From the IMG/VR virus record IMGVR_UViG_3300020548_000009, positions 20,685-84,684 of that record: a DNA stretch of 64,000 nt. The stretch is one strand, 5' to 3'. The notes below the pieces were generated by a model, which had not been told where the DNA came from, made no database searches, and was given only the letters and a program-made list of their open reading frames with translations. Made by a program: the position numbers and the translations under genes. Of this stretch, positions 47,701 through 55,898 are shown one piece after another. The first letter of the stretch is position 1. Every line of letters begins with the position of its first letter. This DNA comes from a virus.

Positions 47701-50205
47701 CTTAGTGGTGGTGACACCACCATTTGTTCCAAGCCACAGGATGTCGCCGACGCTGTAGGCAGAAAGGTTAATTCCATCGACATATCCGCGTGTGATGACT
47801 GGACCGTTTTGGTTCGACGCAACTGCCGTACCCATAACGCCGACAGTCTTGGAAGACGTTGTCTCCAGCGCATTATCGGCGCGCTTGACCGAAGCATGGT
47901 CGCCGTTTCCACCAAAGAGGTATACAACTGTGCCTGATGCAAGTGTCGTTGCTTCCGCATTGCGGACATACGAGACAACCGGTGTGTATGTCGGAACCCA
48001 GCCAGAACCGTCGTAGGCAAGGGCCTGGAATTCTTCTGGTGTCCCAACAACCACATCGTTGAGGTCGTTCAATGATGCATTCAGGGCAACCGATGCGCTA
48101 GAGCCCTCACCGGGTGTATGGGTAACCGTGATAGCAGAGCCAGCAACAATGTCGTTGACGTAATTGCCGGTTGTATCGGTACCGAGGGCTACAGAGTTTG
48201 GCTGAACCGTTGCGGTAATCGTGACATCAGCAGTTCCGTTGAAGGATGCAGAGCCAGACAAATCGCCCGAGAGAGAAATTGCGCGCGAAGTCTGCAGCGA
48301 GGTTGCTGTGTCAGCATTTCCAGTCAGATTTCCGGTGACATTACCCGTTACGTTCCCCGTTACTGGCGCAGAGACGTGCGCGAATGTCACAGATGACGAT
48401 GTTCCGACATCCTGTCCGATTGCTACCGTTGGAGAAGAACCTTCGCCAGGAGTGTGCGTTACAGTAACGCCCGTTCCAGCGGTCAAATCATTGACATAGT
48501 TGCCAGTCGTGTCTGTTCCGAGTTCAATAGCCCCAAGTGCAGCGATGTCACCGTATGTGGTGCCGTCGTTCGTGAACTCCCATTGGTCGTTTGTTTCGTT
48601 CCAGCGAATTAGAACATTTGCTGAAGTTCCGCGCTCAACTTCAATTCCAGCATTTTCTGTTGGTGAGCCAGTGACATTGCTATTCAGAACAACAATGTTG
48701 TCCTCAATCGCCAGTGTCTCTGTGTTTAGGGTGGTTGTGGTTCCGTTTACTGTCAGGTTTCCGCCAACAGTGATGTCGCCAGTTGTGTCAAGTTTTGCGA
48801 AAGTAACCGATGCGCTAGTTGCTACAGACTGACCGATTGCGATTGTTGGGCTTGAGCCCTCTGCCGGCGTGTGTGTAACGGTTACACCAGTGCCAGCGAC
48901 AACATCTGAAACATAGTTTCCTACGGTGTCAGTCCCGAGGTTGATTGTGTCGTTTACCCATACGGTTGAGGCGCTGTTATAGCGCAGGAATTGACCGTCT
49001 GTTGGAGATGTCAAAAGAACATCATGCAAATCTTGAATGTGCTCACCTACAGATGGCCTTACAAGCAAAACGCCAGTTGATGCATTCCTGACAACTAGAG
49101 TTGCAACAAGAACCGAATGACGCGGAGCAACGTTTGTCAGTTTGCCAGCGACTGTTGGGTGAACATAGAGAAGGTCTCCAACAGCCCATGTTTCATCGCC
49201 AACGCTGATTGCTGTTGAAGAATTTCCTCTTGTGTCAAGTCCTCTTACAAAACCAAAAGTTTGAACAAATCCACTGCCGCCATTGGTTATTGATTCAGTT
49301 GCAAGTCCAATAAAACTTTCTTCACGGATAGTTCCATCTGCAGTATATGGAAATACTTCAACTTTTCCGTCTTCCTCTACCCCGGAAGCGTAAAGCGCAG
49401 TGCCTTTTTGAATTTGCGAACCAGTTGTGTTGCGAACACGGAATACCGATTCCTCTCCAAGATGTATGTGTTTATCTGCTGTCAAGCCAAGATTGAGTGT
49501 TCCCTCAACAGAATCCCATGTAAGCATTCCAGCAGCAGGTGCCACACTCGCTGTTGTATCAAACTGAACGGAATCGATATCTGATAGCGAGTCAACCGTC
49601 AAGCCACCAGAGAAAGTGATTGATGTTCCATCACTCGTGATTTCTGCCCCACCAAGATTGATGCTTGTGCCAGACAAATAGATATCCCTGAATCGCGCCG
49701 AAGCAGAGCCAAGGTCGTATGCTTCTGTTGTGCTTGGAATTACATGACCGGCAATATTTGTTTGACCATTTACCGTAAGTTGACCAAACGAAACTGATGC
49801 GGAAGTGCCCACATCTTGCCCGATTGCAATAGAGGCAGTTGAACCTTCGCCTGGGGTGTGAGTGACGGTGACACCAGTGCCGCCAGCCACATCGACCATG
49901 TAGTTGCCGACGGTGTCGGTTGAAAGGTTTACGGCGTCGTTAATCCAGACGGAAGCGGAACTGTCGTAACGCAAAAAATCCCCACCGCTGACGCTGGTGA
50001 TGGTTACATCACTAAGGTCATTCAGTGAACTAAGGGAAATCGGGATAACCGTATACGAAAGCGAATTCCATGCTGTAGTGCCGTCGCCAATTTTGACTTT
50101 TTTCGTGTCGGTTTCAAAACCGATTTCACCCGCGTAAAGAACAGGGTTATTGCTTGTCCAAGATGAGGCTGTACCGCGCTTGACCTGAATCCTTGCTCCA
50201 GCCAT
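44767..50205 (-). CDS. long fibre protein (Mtd-N-like N-terminus, nine internal repeats)
   Basis: RIQVKRGT...NPVL..GEIGFETDT...KIGDG; nine TDT.GNY...G..(V/I)...HTP.EGS repeats; 1812 aa Thr/Gly/Ser-rich. Confidence 0.85.
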   Translation of the reverse strand: MAGARIQVKRGTASSWTSNNPVLYAGEIGFETDTKKVKIGDGTTAWNSLSYTVIPISLSSLNDLSDVTITSVSGGDFLRYDSSASVWINDAVNLSTDTVGNYMVDVAGGTGVTVTHTPGEGSTASIAIGQDVGTSASVSFGQLTVNGQTNIAGHVIPSTTEAYDLGSASARFRDIYLSGTSINLGGAEITSDGTSITFSGGLTVDSLSDIDSVQFDTTASVAPAAGMLTWDSVEGTLNLGLTADKHIHLGEESVFRVRNTTGSQIQKGTALYASGVEEDGKVEVFPYTADGTIREESFIGLATESITNGGSGFVQTFGFVRGLDTRGNSSTAISVGDETWAVGDLLYVHPTVAGKLTNVAPRHSVLVATLVVRNASTGVLLVRPSVGEHIQDLHDVLLTSPTDGQFLRYNSASTVWVNDTINLGTDTVGNYVSDVVAGTGVTVTHTPAEGSSPTIAIGQSVATSASVTFAKLDTTGDITVGGNLTVNGTTTTLNTETLAIEDNIVVLNSNVTGSPTENAGIEVERGTSANVLIRWNETNDQWEFTNDGTTYGDIAALGAIELGTDTTGNYVNDLTAGTGVTVTHTPGEGSSPTVAIGQDVGTSSSVTFAHVSAPVTGNVTGNVTGNLTGNADTATSLQTSRAISLSGDLSGSASFNGTADVTITATVQPNSVALGTDTTGNYVNDIVAGSAITVTHTPGEGSSASVALNASLNDLNDVVVGTPEEFQALAYDGSGWVPTYTPVVSYVRNAEATTLASGTVVYLFGGNGDHASVKRADNALETTSSKTVGVMGTAVASNQNGPVITRGYVDGINLSAYSVGDILWLGTNGGVTTTKPSAPLNTVFIGVVVRATNNGIIYVAVQNGYELNELHDVKTNGKVDKDVLMWNSASSVWINDQINLGTDTVGNYMVDVTAGTGITISHTPSEGSTATISIPQSVATSASPTFAVLTLTGQPTETTHAVTKSYADSIAAGINWHDSVELATAAVLPNSPTYDNGTSGVGATLTASASARLIIDGVNATTGDRVLVQNQANSVHNGIYDVTNQGSVSAAWILTRSSDHDGNLDEVVRGDAVYVANGATHINQGFIINSEGTGTGGAHIIGTDAITFTQFTGAANIVAGTGITKTGNTLSIGQDVATSASVTFNTVSANLVGNASTATTLQNARTISLSGDVTGSVSFDGSTNASITATIAANSVALGTDTTGNYMSDLTAGTGVAITHTPAEGSNATIAIGQDVGTSSSVTFAHVSAPVTGNITGDVTGNSGTATALQNARTISLGGDLSGSVSFNGTSDVTITAAVEPNSVALGTDTTGNYVSDVTAGTGVTVTHTPGEGSSPTIAIGQAVGTSSSVTFAAVTAPLIGNASTATALATSRTISLGGDLSGSASFNGSSNVTINATIAANSVALGTDTTGNYVSDVTAGTGVTVSHTPGEGSSPTVAIGQAVGTSASVQFAQITTTGNVTVGGDLTINGTTTTVNTETINLADNIIVLNSNETSAPSQNAGIEVERGTSANVAVRWNETSDKWEITEDGSTYYDIATTFYVDGQTVASLDDIGDVSITSASAGQVLKWNGTAWVNDAAGGTTINSLDDIADVTITSATSGQFLKWNGTAWVNDAIDLGTDTTGNYMSNVAAGNLITVTHTPGEGSSASIAVSSGTAGQIIVANASGVPTWVTETGDITIDSSGVTAISSGVIVNADVSATAAIELGKLADISTNAQTASYTLVLADKNKIVEMNVASANNLTVPLNSSVAFPVGSQINILQTGAGQTTIVATGGVTINAAPGLKMRAQWSYATLIKRAENTWVLVGDISA

Positions 50206-50660
50206 TACACCGCACCTCCGTCAAAGCCAACGATTACATAATTTGTAACTTCCGCTTCATATATTTCTGGAGAAATAATACCACCATCTACGTCTCCAGA
50301 TAACAAACCTGCTCCGCCGCTTACTTCAGTCCATGTTGAGTTAGAGCGGAAAAAGAACTTGTTATTTGTTGTATCTACTGCGATGGCTCCGTTAGGAAGT
50401 TCCGAAGTAGGCGTCCCATTTGTCGTCAGTGTCACGAGCCCAAGGGCGGCCTGAAATACGTCATCCGTATAGAGGGTGTTTGCACTTGTGCGGTAGAGGT
50501 TGGTATCTCCAGCCGCTGAACCAGAAGACCACGTAAGGCGACCGCCAGCATCAATGCGAATTCTTGCATGTGCATCAAGATTTACGCGCGTAGAGAATGA
50601 TTCGTCGCTTGGACTAGAAAACTCAATGCCGCGTAGGGGCGTTCCAACAAATCGTGTCAT
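50205..50660 (-). CDS. fibre-associated structural protein
   Basis: 151 aa beta-rich; TAATG-coupled to the long fibre. Confidence 0.6.
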   Translation of the reverse strand: MTRFVGTPLRGIEFSSPSDESFSTRVNLDAHARIRIDAGGRLTWSSGSAAGDTNLYRTSANTLYTDDVFQAALGLVTLTTNGTPTSELPNGAIAVDTTNNKFFFRSNSTWTEVSGGAGLLSGDVDGGIISPEIYEAEVTNYVIVGFDGGAV

Positions 50661-50720
50661 ATGAATACAGCCTCGACTGCCTTCTGGTTGTGTGTGCCCC
50701 GCAAGGCACTATGGGTATTA

Positions 50721-52181
50721 CTAACCAGTGACGACGACTGTATATGCGTTCGAAGAAGGGGCGACCGAGAAGGAAACCGTAACGGTGTCCGTGGTCGTCC
50801 GCACTACGTCTGCAATGACGGTGTCATAACTGGAGGAATCATAAACCTGCACAACAACTGCACGTGTGCCGAAGTTGTGAGTTACGGCAAACGATGTATT
50901 TGCACCGTCGCCGACAACCTTGTTAGCAACTCGGGCCAAGACCGGCGTGCTGGTATTTGCGCCAGTCGGGCTTGTGTAAGCAAGGTTCTGGCGGGCTGTT
51001 GCCTCGTCGCTGGCGTTAGTACCGCCATTTGCAATCGGTAGGACACCAGTTACGCCACCACCAGATGCGGAAGAAAGGCTAACTGCATCGACAGACAGTG
51101 TTCCGGCCGTGAATGTAATGCCAGTTCCTGCGATGTTCGAGTTAAGGGCAAGTCCATCACCTGTTGTAGTAAGACCATTTACCGCACCATCAAGTTTGAT
51201 TTGGACTTCATCCCCATCAATCTCAAGGCCGCCAGTGCCATGCAGGGCTACGCTGAGAACACCAGCGGAAGCGGAAAGACCTGCGCCAGCAGCGCCATCA
51301 GCAATGCTGAGTTCATCGTTGACGATATGGATGCCAACACCGTCGACAAGAACGTTGAGTGTTGAGCCGACTTTCTCAAGGGCTTCACCAGCGGTAATCT
51401 GACCAGTTCCCGAGAACTGAGCAAATGTGAGCGGGGTTGTGCCAAGAGTAATCGGGTTGTTTGTAGTAAGAACCCAACCAGTGTCACCGTATGTAGTTCC
51501 GTTCGTGACGAACGTGAACATGCCAGAGGTAACTTCAGCACTTGTATCAGCATCGGTTGCGCGCTGAGCGGTTCCAGATGCGGACACAACATAAATGCCG
51601 TTTTCAGAAGCAGTTACCTGGTCCTTGACGAGAACTCGGTCGCCAGTTTCAAGTACGTGGCTATCAATTGTGTCGCCGGTATTGAGGTCGCTCGCAAGAT
51701 TGACCGGGCCAGTCGTTGCAACATGTACTGATTCCTTAACGTCAAGACCACTGCGTGCTGCATCAACATACGCCTTGTTGGCAGCATCCAGTGCGTTGAC
51801 TGGTTCGGCAACTTGGAACCTACCATCACCATTGCGCTTGACAAGAGTATTTACGCCATCAGATGAACTTGCATTATCAAGCAATGACTTGTCCGATGTG
51901 GACATGACGCCAGGGTTAGATGTTGTGGCAAGATTCGGCTCAATAGAAATTGTTCCATTGGACTCGTTGATTGTGAGTGCTGCAGAAGCGCTGCCGGCTG
52001 TTTGAACAGCGATAATCGCTTTCTTCCAACTTGTACCATCAAAATATTTGACCGTCTTCTCGGTCGAGTTGTAAATGAGGCGACCCTCAAAGTTCCCAGT
52101 GCTCGGGTCAGAAGCAACGACCTGGAACTTTCCGTTCTGGAGTTCGTTCTGATTAAGATTTAAGTTTGTTACGAATTTCAT
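50721..52181 (-). CDS. fibre/virion structural protein
   Basis: DAANKAYVD, GDRVLVKDQ...NGIY, C-term THNFG.R.V.VQVYD; GGAGG SD. Confidence 0.75.
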   Translation of the reverse strand: MKFVTNLNLNQNELQNGKFQVVASDPSTGNFEGRLIYNSTEKTVKYFDGTSWKKAIIAVQTAGSASAALTINESNGTISIEPNLATTSNPGVMSTSDKSLLDNASSSDGVNTLVKRNGDGRFQVAEPVNALDAANKAYVDAARSGLDVKESVHVATTGPVNLASDLNTGDTIDSHVLETGDRVLVKDQVTASENGIYVVSASGTAQRATDADTSAEVTSGMFTFVTNGTTYGDTGWVLTTNNPITLGTTPLTFAQFSGTGQITAGEALEKVGSTLNVLVDGVGIHIVNDELSIADGAAGAGLSASAGVLSVALHGTGGLEIDGDEVQIKLDGAVNGLTTTGDGLALNSNIAGTGITFTAGTLSVDAVSLSSASGGGVTGVLPIANGGTNASDEATARQNLAYTSPTGANTSTPVLARVANKVVGDGANTSFAVTHNFGTRAVVVQVYDSSSYDTVIADVVRTTTDTVTVSFSVAPSSNAYTVVVTG

Positions 52182-52204
52182 GTGGGTCTACCTCCAGAGT
52201 TCTC

Positions 52205-52882
52205 CTATGAAAGATACGCCTTTCCAGCGAAAGAGTGTGAGAAGGTCACCGTTAGGGCATTTTCCGACACATACGTGACCTCCCCCACAACTTTGCTGAG
52301 GGCGCTATCAACAATGCTGACATTTGGGTAAAACTTCATATTGTGCGTGATATTCCATGTATTCGATGCAGTTGGTTGGTCGTGTACATACCTAGAACGG
52401 GTTCTTAATTCCTCTATTGCGTCCTGAACATTGACAGAGGTGATTTCTGATGTCGGAACAAAAATGATGTTCTCTGCTGAACCAGCATCCGAAAAAGCGT
52501 CATTGACATACTCAACAGTCGCATAGTTCTCCTGCACGACTGGAGCAATATTTGGGGCAAGGTCCGCCAAGTCAACAGCACCAAGAATCGCGTCCTTGTC
52601 AATCTCGATAAAGTATTTATTTAGTGCGCATCCAGAAATTCGCTCTGTCACTTCATAGGTAACGCCAAGGGGTTCTGTTGCGGTGTCGTTGGTCGCGTAC
52701 AAGACAACCGAAAAAGAGCCAGATGCACTGAGTGTCGCGGTAACCAAAGATGGAGCAACTGTGAGATTGAATTGAGGTTGACGCATTGGTGCAGTAAGGA
52801 GGAACGTGACGCGACCGGACTGCGGGTTGCCAGTTCCTGTCTCAACATACGTTCCCGTAACGGTGATTGGTGTAAATGCCAT
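52205..52882 (-). CDS. fibre-anchoring/virion structural protein
   Basis: TAATG-coupled to the tail terminator; C-term HDQ..AS.TW.ITHN...P.V.IVD. Confidence 0.65.
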   Translation of the reverse strand: MAFTPITVTGTYVETGTGNPQSGRVTFLLTAPMRQPQFNLTVAPSLVTATLSASGSFSVVLYATNDTATEPLGVTYEVTERISGCALNKYFIEIDKDAILGAVDLADLAPNIAPVVQENYATVEYVNDAFSDAGSAENIIFVPTSEITSVNVQDAIEELRTRSRYVHDQPTASNTWNITHNMKFYPNVSIVDSALSKVVGEVTYVSENALTVTFSHSFAGKAYLS

Positions 52883-53274
52883 TACTGCGCCTTTTGTATG
52901 ACGTTGAGGGTTACTGCGTGTAAAATAGTATCATCCTCGGAGTCGAAGGCTCTTTGTATGTCTGCGACACGAACCCTGTAAACAAACTTGTTTGCGCTCA
53001 AATTTGCATTGTCTAGCGCAGCAACAACCTCGTCAATAATTGCTGTGTTTTCTGATTGGCGCAACTGCCACAGGCTGACCTGAACGAGCCGTGTCCTTGC
53101 CAGTACAACCTGGTCTCCAATCAGTGCCGGGGTATTCCCAAGTTCGTCAAAGATTGTGATATATGGATATGCAGTTTCCGGTGGAGCGATATCTCTATAA
53201 ATACGCGAACCAACGCTTGTTATCGAATCATTGACCAGCACGGTCCGGATAGCGCCGCCGATGGAAGCCATCAC
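52882..53274 (-). CDS. tail terminator (DUF3168-like)
   Basis: VGSRIY...AP....YPYITI...VQVSLW; synteny. Confidence 0.75.
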   Translation of the reverse strand: MMASIGGAIRTVLVNDSITSVGSRIYRDIAPPETAYPYITIFDELGNTPALIGDQVVLARTRLVQVSLWQLRQSENTAIIDEVVAALDNANLSANKFVYRVRVADIQRAFDSEDDTILHAVTLNVIQKAQ

Positions 53275-53783
53275 ATCTCCAAATCAAGGGTGAACACCGA
53301 ACCCTTAAGGGAGCGGGTCTTGCGGGAATAAGCAATCTTTAGGTGGCGGGCAACATTTGACGCGGCAACAGCCGCTACTTTATCTTTTGCTGGCCTAATG
53401 AATGGTCGTGGCTGTGTCGTTGTTGTGCCGAATTCCAAATCTTTTGCAAATGATGCATTGCTGCCAAACTCTGCAATTGCCGGATTTTGATTTGGCCCAC
53501 TAACCACCTTGTTGTAGATACTTGGCTCAAGCGTTTCACCGCGCATTGCTGCCGGTGGTTCACCTGGAGCAGAAGACATTCTTTTCTTTCCGTTCTTAAA
53601 ATACGGTCTGTAACTACCTTTTTGGAGAATAAAGCGGGTTGTCTCGTTAAAGCCAATTACAGACAAATCTTCTGCTGCTTTACGCATCTGATATACGCCG
53701 GCCAAAATAATGCTCTTGACTTGTGGCTCTAATGAATCCAGGATTTTGTAAAGTTTTTGCGTTGGTGTCAATTTGGAAGCCAT
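53271..53783 (-). CDS. HK97 gp10-like tail completion protein
   Basis: SAPGEPPA...L..SI...LEFGT....PRPFIRPA. Confidence 0.8.
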   Translation of the reverse strand: MASKLTPTQKLYKILDSLEPQVKSIILAGVYQMRKAAEDLSVIGFNETTRFILQKGSYRPYFKNGKKRMSSAPGEPPAAMRGETLEPSIYNKVVSGPNQNPAIAEFGSNASFAKDLEFGTTTTQPRPFIRPAKDKVAAVAASNVARHLKIAYSRKTRSLKGSVFTLDLEM

Positions 53784-54115
53784 TATCGCATTGTCCTTCT
53801 GCATTCTGCGCGAATGTGTGTTTTCGTAAACAGCAAAGAATCTATTTCGTAAACGCCATTCACAACTTGATGAAAATTATTAATAACAACTTGGTCACCA
53901 TAGGTCACGCTTGCGCTAAGTGGAAGTCGGCAAACAATGTTGCGCTCTTCACTTATTTGACCAACAGTGTTCTCCATCACTTCCTCGGATGCTTTTTGAT
54001 GGATTGAACCGTAAACTGTTGTATCGGAACCTGTATTGCTCCAGATTCCTTCTGATTCATTTGCATAACCAGCAATCATGTTTCGGATTACTATCGGCGT
54101 GTAGGCACCTCGCAT
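53783..54115 (-). CDS. head closure (stopper) protein
   Basis: Synteny; GDQVVI...YEI pattern. Confidence 0.65.
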   Translation of the reverse strand: MRGAYTPIVIRNMIAGYANESEGIWSNTGSDTTVYGSIHQKASEEVMENTVGQISEERNIVCRLPLSASVTYGDQVVINNFHQVVNGVYEIDSLLFTKTHIRAECRRTMR

Positions 54116-54116
54116 A

Positions 54117-54677
54117 TCACACAATCACCCTTCGCTTAAATCTCTTTACGGAGTTAAGTTCACGCTCGGTAAATCCGCCTTCCCCACCGTCGGGAAAAAT
54201 GTAATCAGTTCCCTCAACATTGAGCCTTGCAAGACCCTGAGCGTCGATGAGGAACTTACTCATTTCGCGTGTTGCTGCTGTGTAGAGCACGCGCTCAAGT
54301 GCGACAGTGTCGCTAGAGGTCATTCCTGCGGTGTAGGTGACAAGTGCTTGATTGCCTGTTCCAGCAATTCGGATGTTGTCAATACCCCAAGGGAAAATGT
54401 CAAAGTCGGCAATATTTTGCTCTTCTTCTTCTCCTGGCATTCCAACATAAAAAGATGTGACACTCTGGACTGGAGCATGGCGCAGGAATATCTGGCGCTG
54501 TCCGGGGACCAACTTGTGCTCTTCTTCTGAATAGAGCCTGGCGCCGAGAGGGCGGTTCAAAAAGTATTCAAGTTCAGCCTCAAGAGATGCAAGAATCGAC
54601 ATGGCGGCGTCTTGTTGGGCTGCCGTGAATGTCTTCCCCATGAATATTTCGAGGTCGTCATAGGTGAGAATGGCCAT
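54117..54677 (-). CDS. head-tail adaptor
   Basis: L..FLNR.L...E......L...PV.SV...VTYTAG; synteny. Confidence 0.75.
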   Translation of the reverse strand: MAILTYDDLEIFMGKTFTAAQQDAAMSILASLEAELEYFLNRPLGARLYSEEEHKLVPGQRQIFLRHAPVQSVTSFYVGMPGEEEEQNIADFDIFPWGIDNIRIAGTGNQALVTYTAGMTSSDTVALERVLYTAATREMSKFLIDAQGLARLNVEGTDYIFPDGGEGGFTERELNSVKRFKRRVIV

Positions 54678-54718
54678 AAAGCCGATAATACACCAGACGT
54701 CAAAATTATTTTATTTGG

Positions 54719-55117
54719 CTACTCTTCTGCTTCGCATACCCAGAATATGTTCTTGTATGCGAATACCCCGTAATCGCCATCTCCGAGGTCCAGCATGAAG
54801 CCCATATCCTCTGCGTTAATGCGCACATCCACCTTGTCGACATACCCAAAACATGAGTGCATGATGATGTTGTTATCGTCAAGCAGTTCCCAGCCGTACC
54901 GAACTTCAATGCGCTTATCTAGGTCGTAGGCGCTACGAATCATCCCAGTAGTGGCAACGCGACCAATCAGGCTTTCGTAAGGGTTCTCCGGGTTGAAGTC
55001 ATCCCTCTCCATGAAAATCTTGAAGATTGCCGCCTTGATGAGGGCATAGGCGTGTGGGTGCGACCACGCCCCAGAGAAGTCCAGGTCCAGCGACTCTTCG
55101 TCGTCCGGCTCTTGCAC
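54719..55117 (-). CDS. hypothetical acidic protein
   Basis: Start reassigned to GTG 55117, just after the 52-aa gene. Confidence 0.55.
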   Translation of the reverse strand: MQEPDDEESLDLDFSGAWSHPHAYALIKAAIFKIFMERDDFNPENPYESLIGRVATTGMIRSAYDLDKRIEVRYGWELLDDNNIIMHSCFGYVDKVDVRINAEDMGFMLDLGDGDYGVFAYKNIFWVCEAEE

Positions 55118-55121
55118 GGCG

Positions 55122-55280
55122 TTACTTTGTTTCGATATTTGCGAAAGAAGAAACAGCGATTGGAAGCACTTTGTACTTCTTGGCCTCATCAATCGTAAGC
55201 CTGTCGCCTTTACTGTGGACTCGGACGGCAACGCCGTTGCGTGTCTCGAAGATATCGCGTGGGGAAATTACGTGTGTCAT
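55122..55280 (-). CDS. 52-aa protein absent from the ORF track
   Basis: MTHVISPRDIFETRNGVAVRVHSKGDRLTIDEAKKYKVLPIAVSSFANIETK; TAGAGT 6 nt upstream. Confidence 0.6.
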   Translation of the reverse strand: MTHVISPRDIFETRNGVAVRVHSKGDRLTIDEAKKYKVLPIAVSSFANIETK

Positions 55281-55289
55281 GCCAACACT

Positions 55290-55820
55290 CTAGCAGGCAT
55301 CAATAATCAAATGCACACGGTCTATTTTTGAGCCATTTTGCACGCTGTGAAGTTTCCCAGTGTTGTTTATTTCCCAAATCTCGCCCATGGGGATATGCAT
55401 CTCTTCGCCATCTACTTCGAACGTGCACTTTTGGTCTGTCGTTACCGGGAGGTGAAATCGTCTTGTTACTTGCAATAATTCTGTTGCATCCTTATGTCTG
55501 CCGATTGATTTGCCCGCTTTTAGAAGCACAAGATTTGCTCTGCGAATATTGCTGTGCTGTCCAATGCTAGATAAATAATTTTCTATTTCTTTTAGATGAT
55601 TTGCAAATGAGTCATAGAACCGCGGGGCTATTTTTCTTGCTTGTGGAAGTTCATTGAACAAGATTGGAATCGTCAATGTGTCACGATGGCCAATGATGTT
55701 GTCCTGCCTATAGGTAAATGCTTCCCACGATGATGGAGAGAGTGAATTGACTGTGTTTGCTATTGAAGACGTGTCGTGATATCCAACAAATCTAAAATTG
55801 AAATCTTTATCTAATGCCAT
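55290..55820 (-). CDS. aspartyl/asparaginyl beta-hydroxylase-family oxygenase
   Basis: L.AG..I..HKD...RFHLP..T...GE.WEINN...HSV.N....RVHLIID. Confidence 0.85.
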   Translation of the reverse strand: MALDKDFNFRFVGYHDTSSIANTVNSLSPSSWEAFTYRQDNIIGHRDTLTIPILFNELPQARKIAPRFYDSFANHLKEIENYLSSIGQHSNIRRANLVLLKAGKSIGRHKDATELLQVTRRFHLPVTTDQKCTFEVDGEEMHIPMGEIWEINNTGKLHSVQNGSKIDRVHLIIDAC

Positions 55821-55827
55821 ATGTCCA

Positions 55828-55876
55828 TAAAAGCCGAAGCCCCCGCCTTTGTCCATTGCTGGACTCGGGCGGGGGC
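55828..55876 (-). terminator. intrinsic terminator after major capsid gene
   Basis: GCCCCCGCC...GTCCA/TGGAC...GGCGGGGGC stem followed by TTCGGCTTTT. Confidence 0.7.
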
Positions 55877-55898
55877 AACGACTAAGCCGTTAGGCTAA

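Noticed and set aside
44767-50205. Diversity-generating retroelement suggested by the Mtd-like N-terminus and repeats
   Set aside because: No reverse transcriptase in the window and no adenine-specific TR/VR pair seen. The repeats diverge synonymously.
50661-50720. Possible riboswitch or ncRNA (small hairpins, e.g. GTGCC-N6-GGCAC)
   Set aside because: Too short, and I recognise no aptamer consensus. An Rfam search would be needed.
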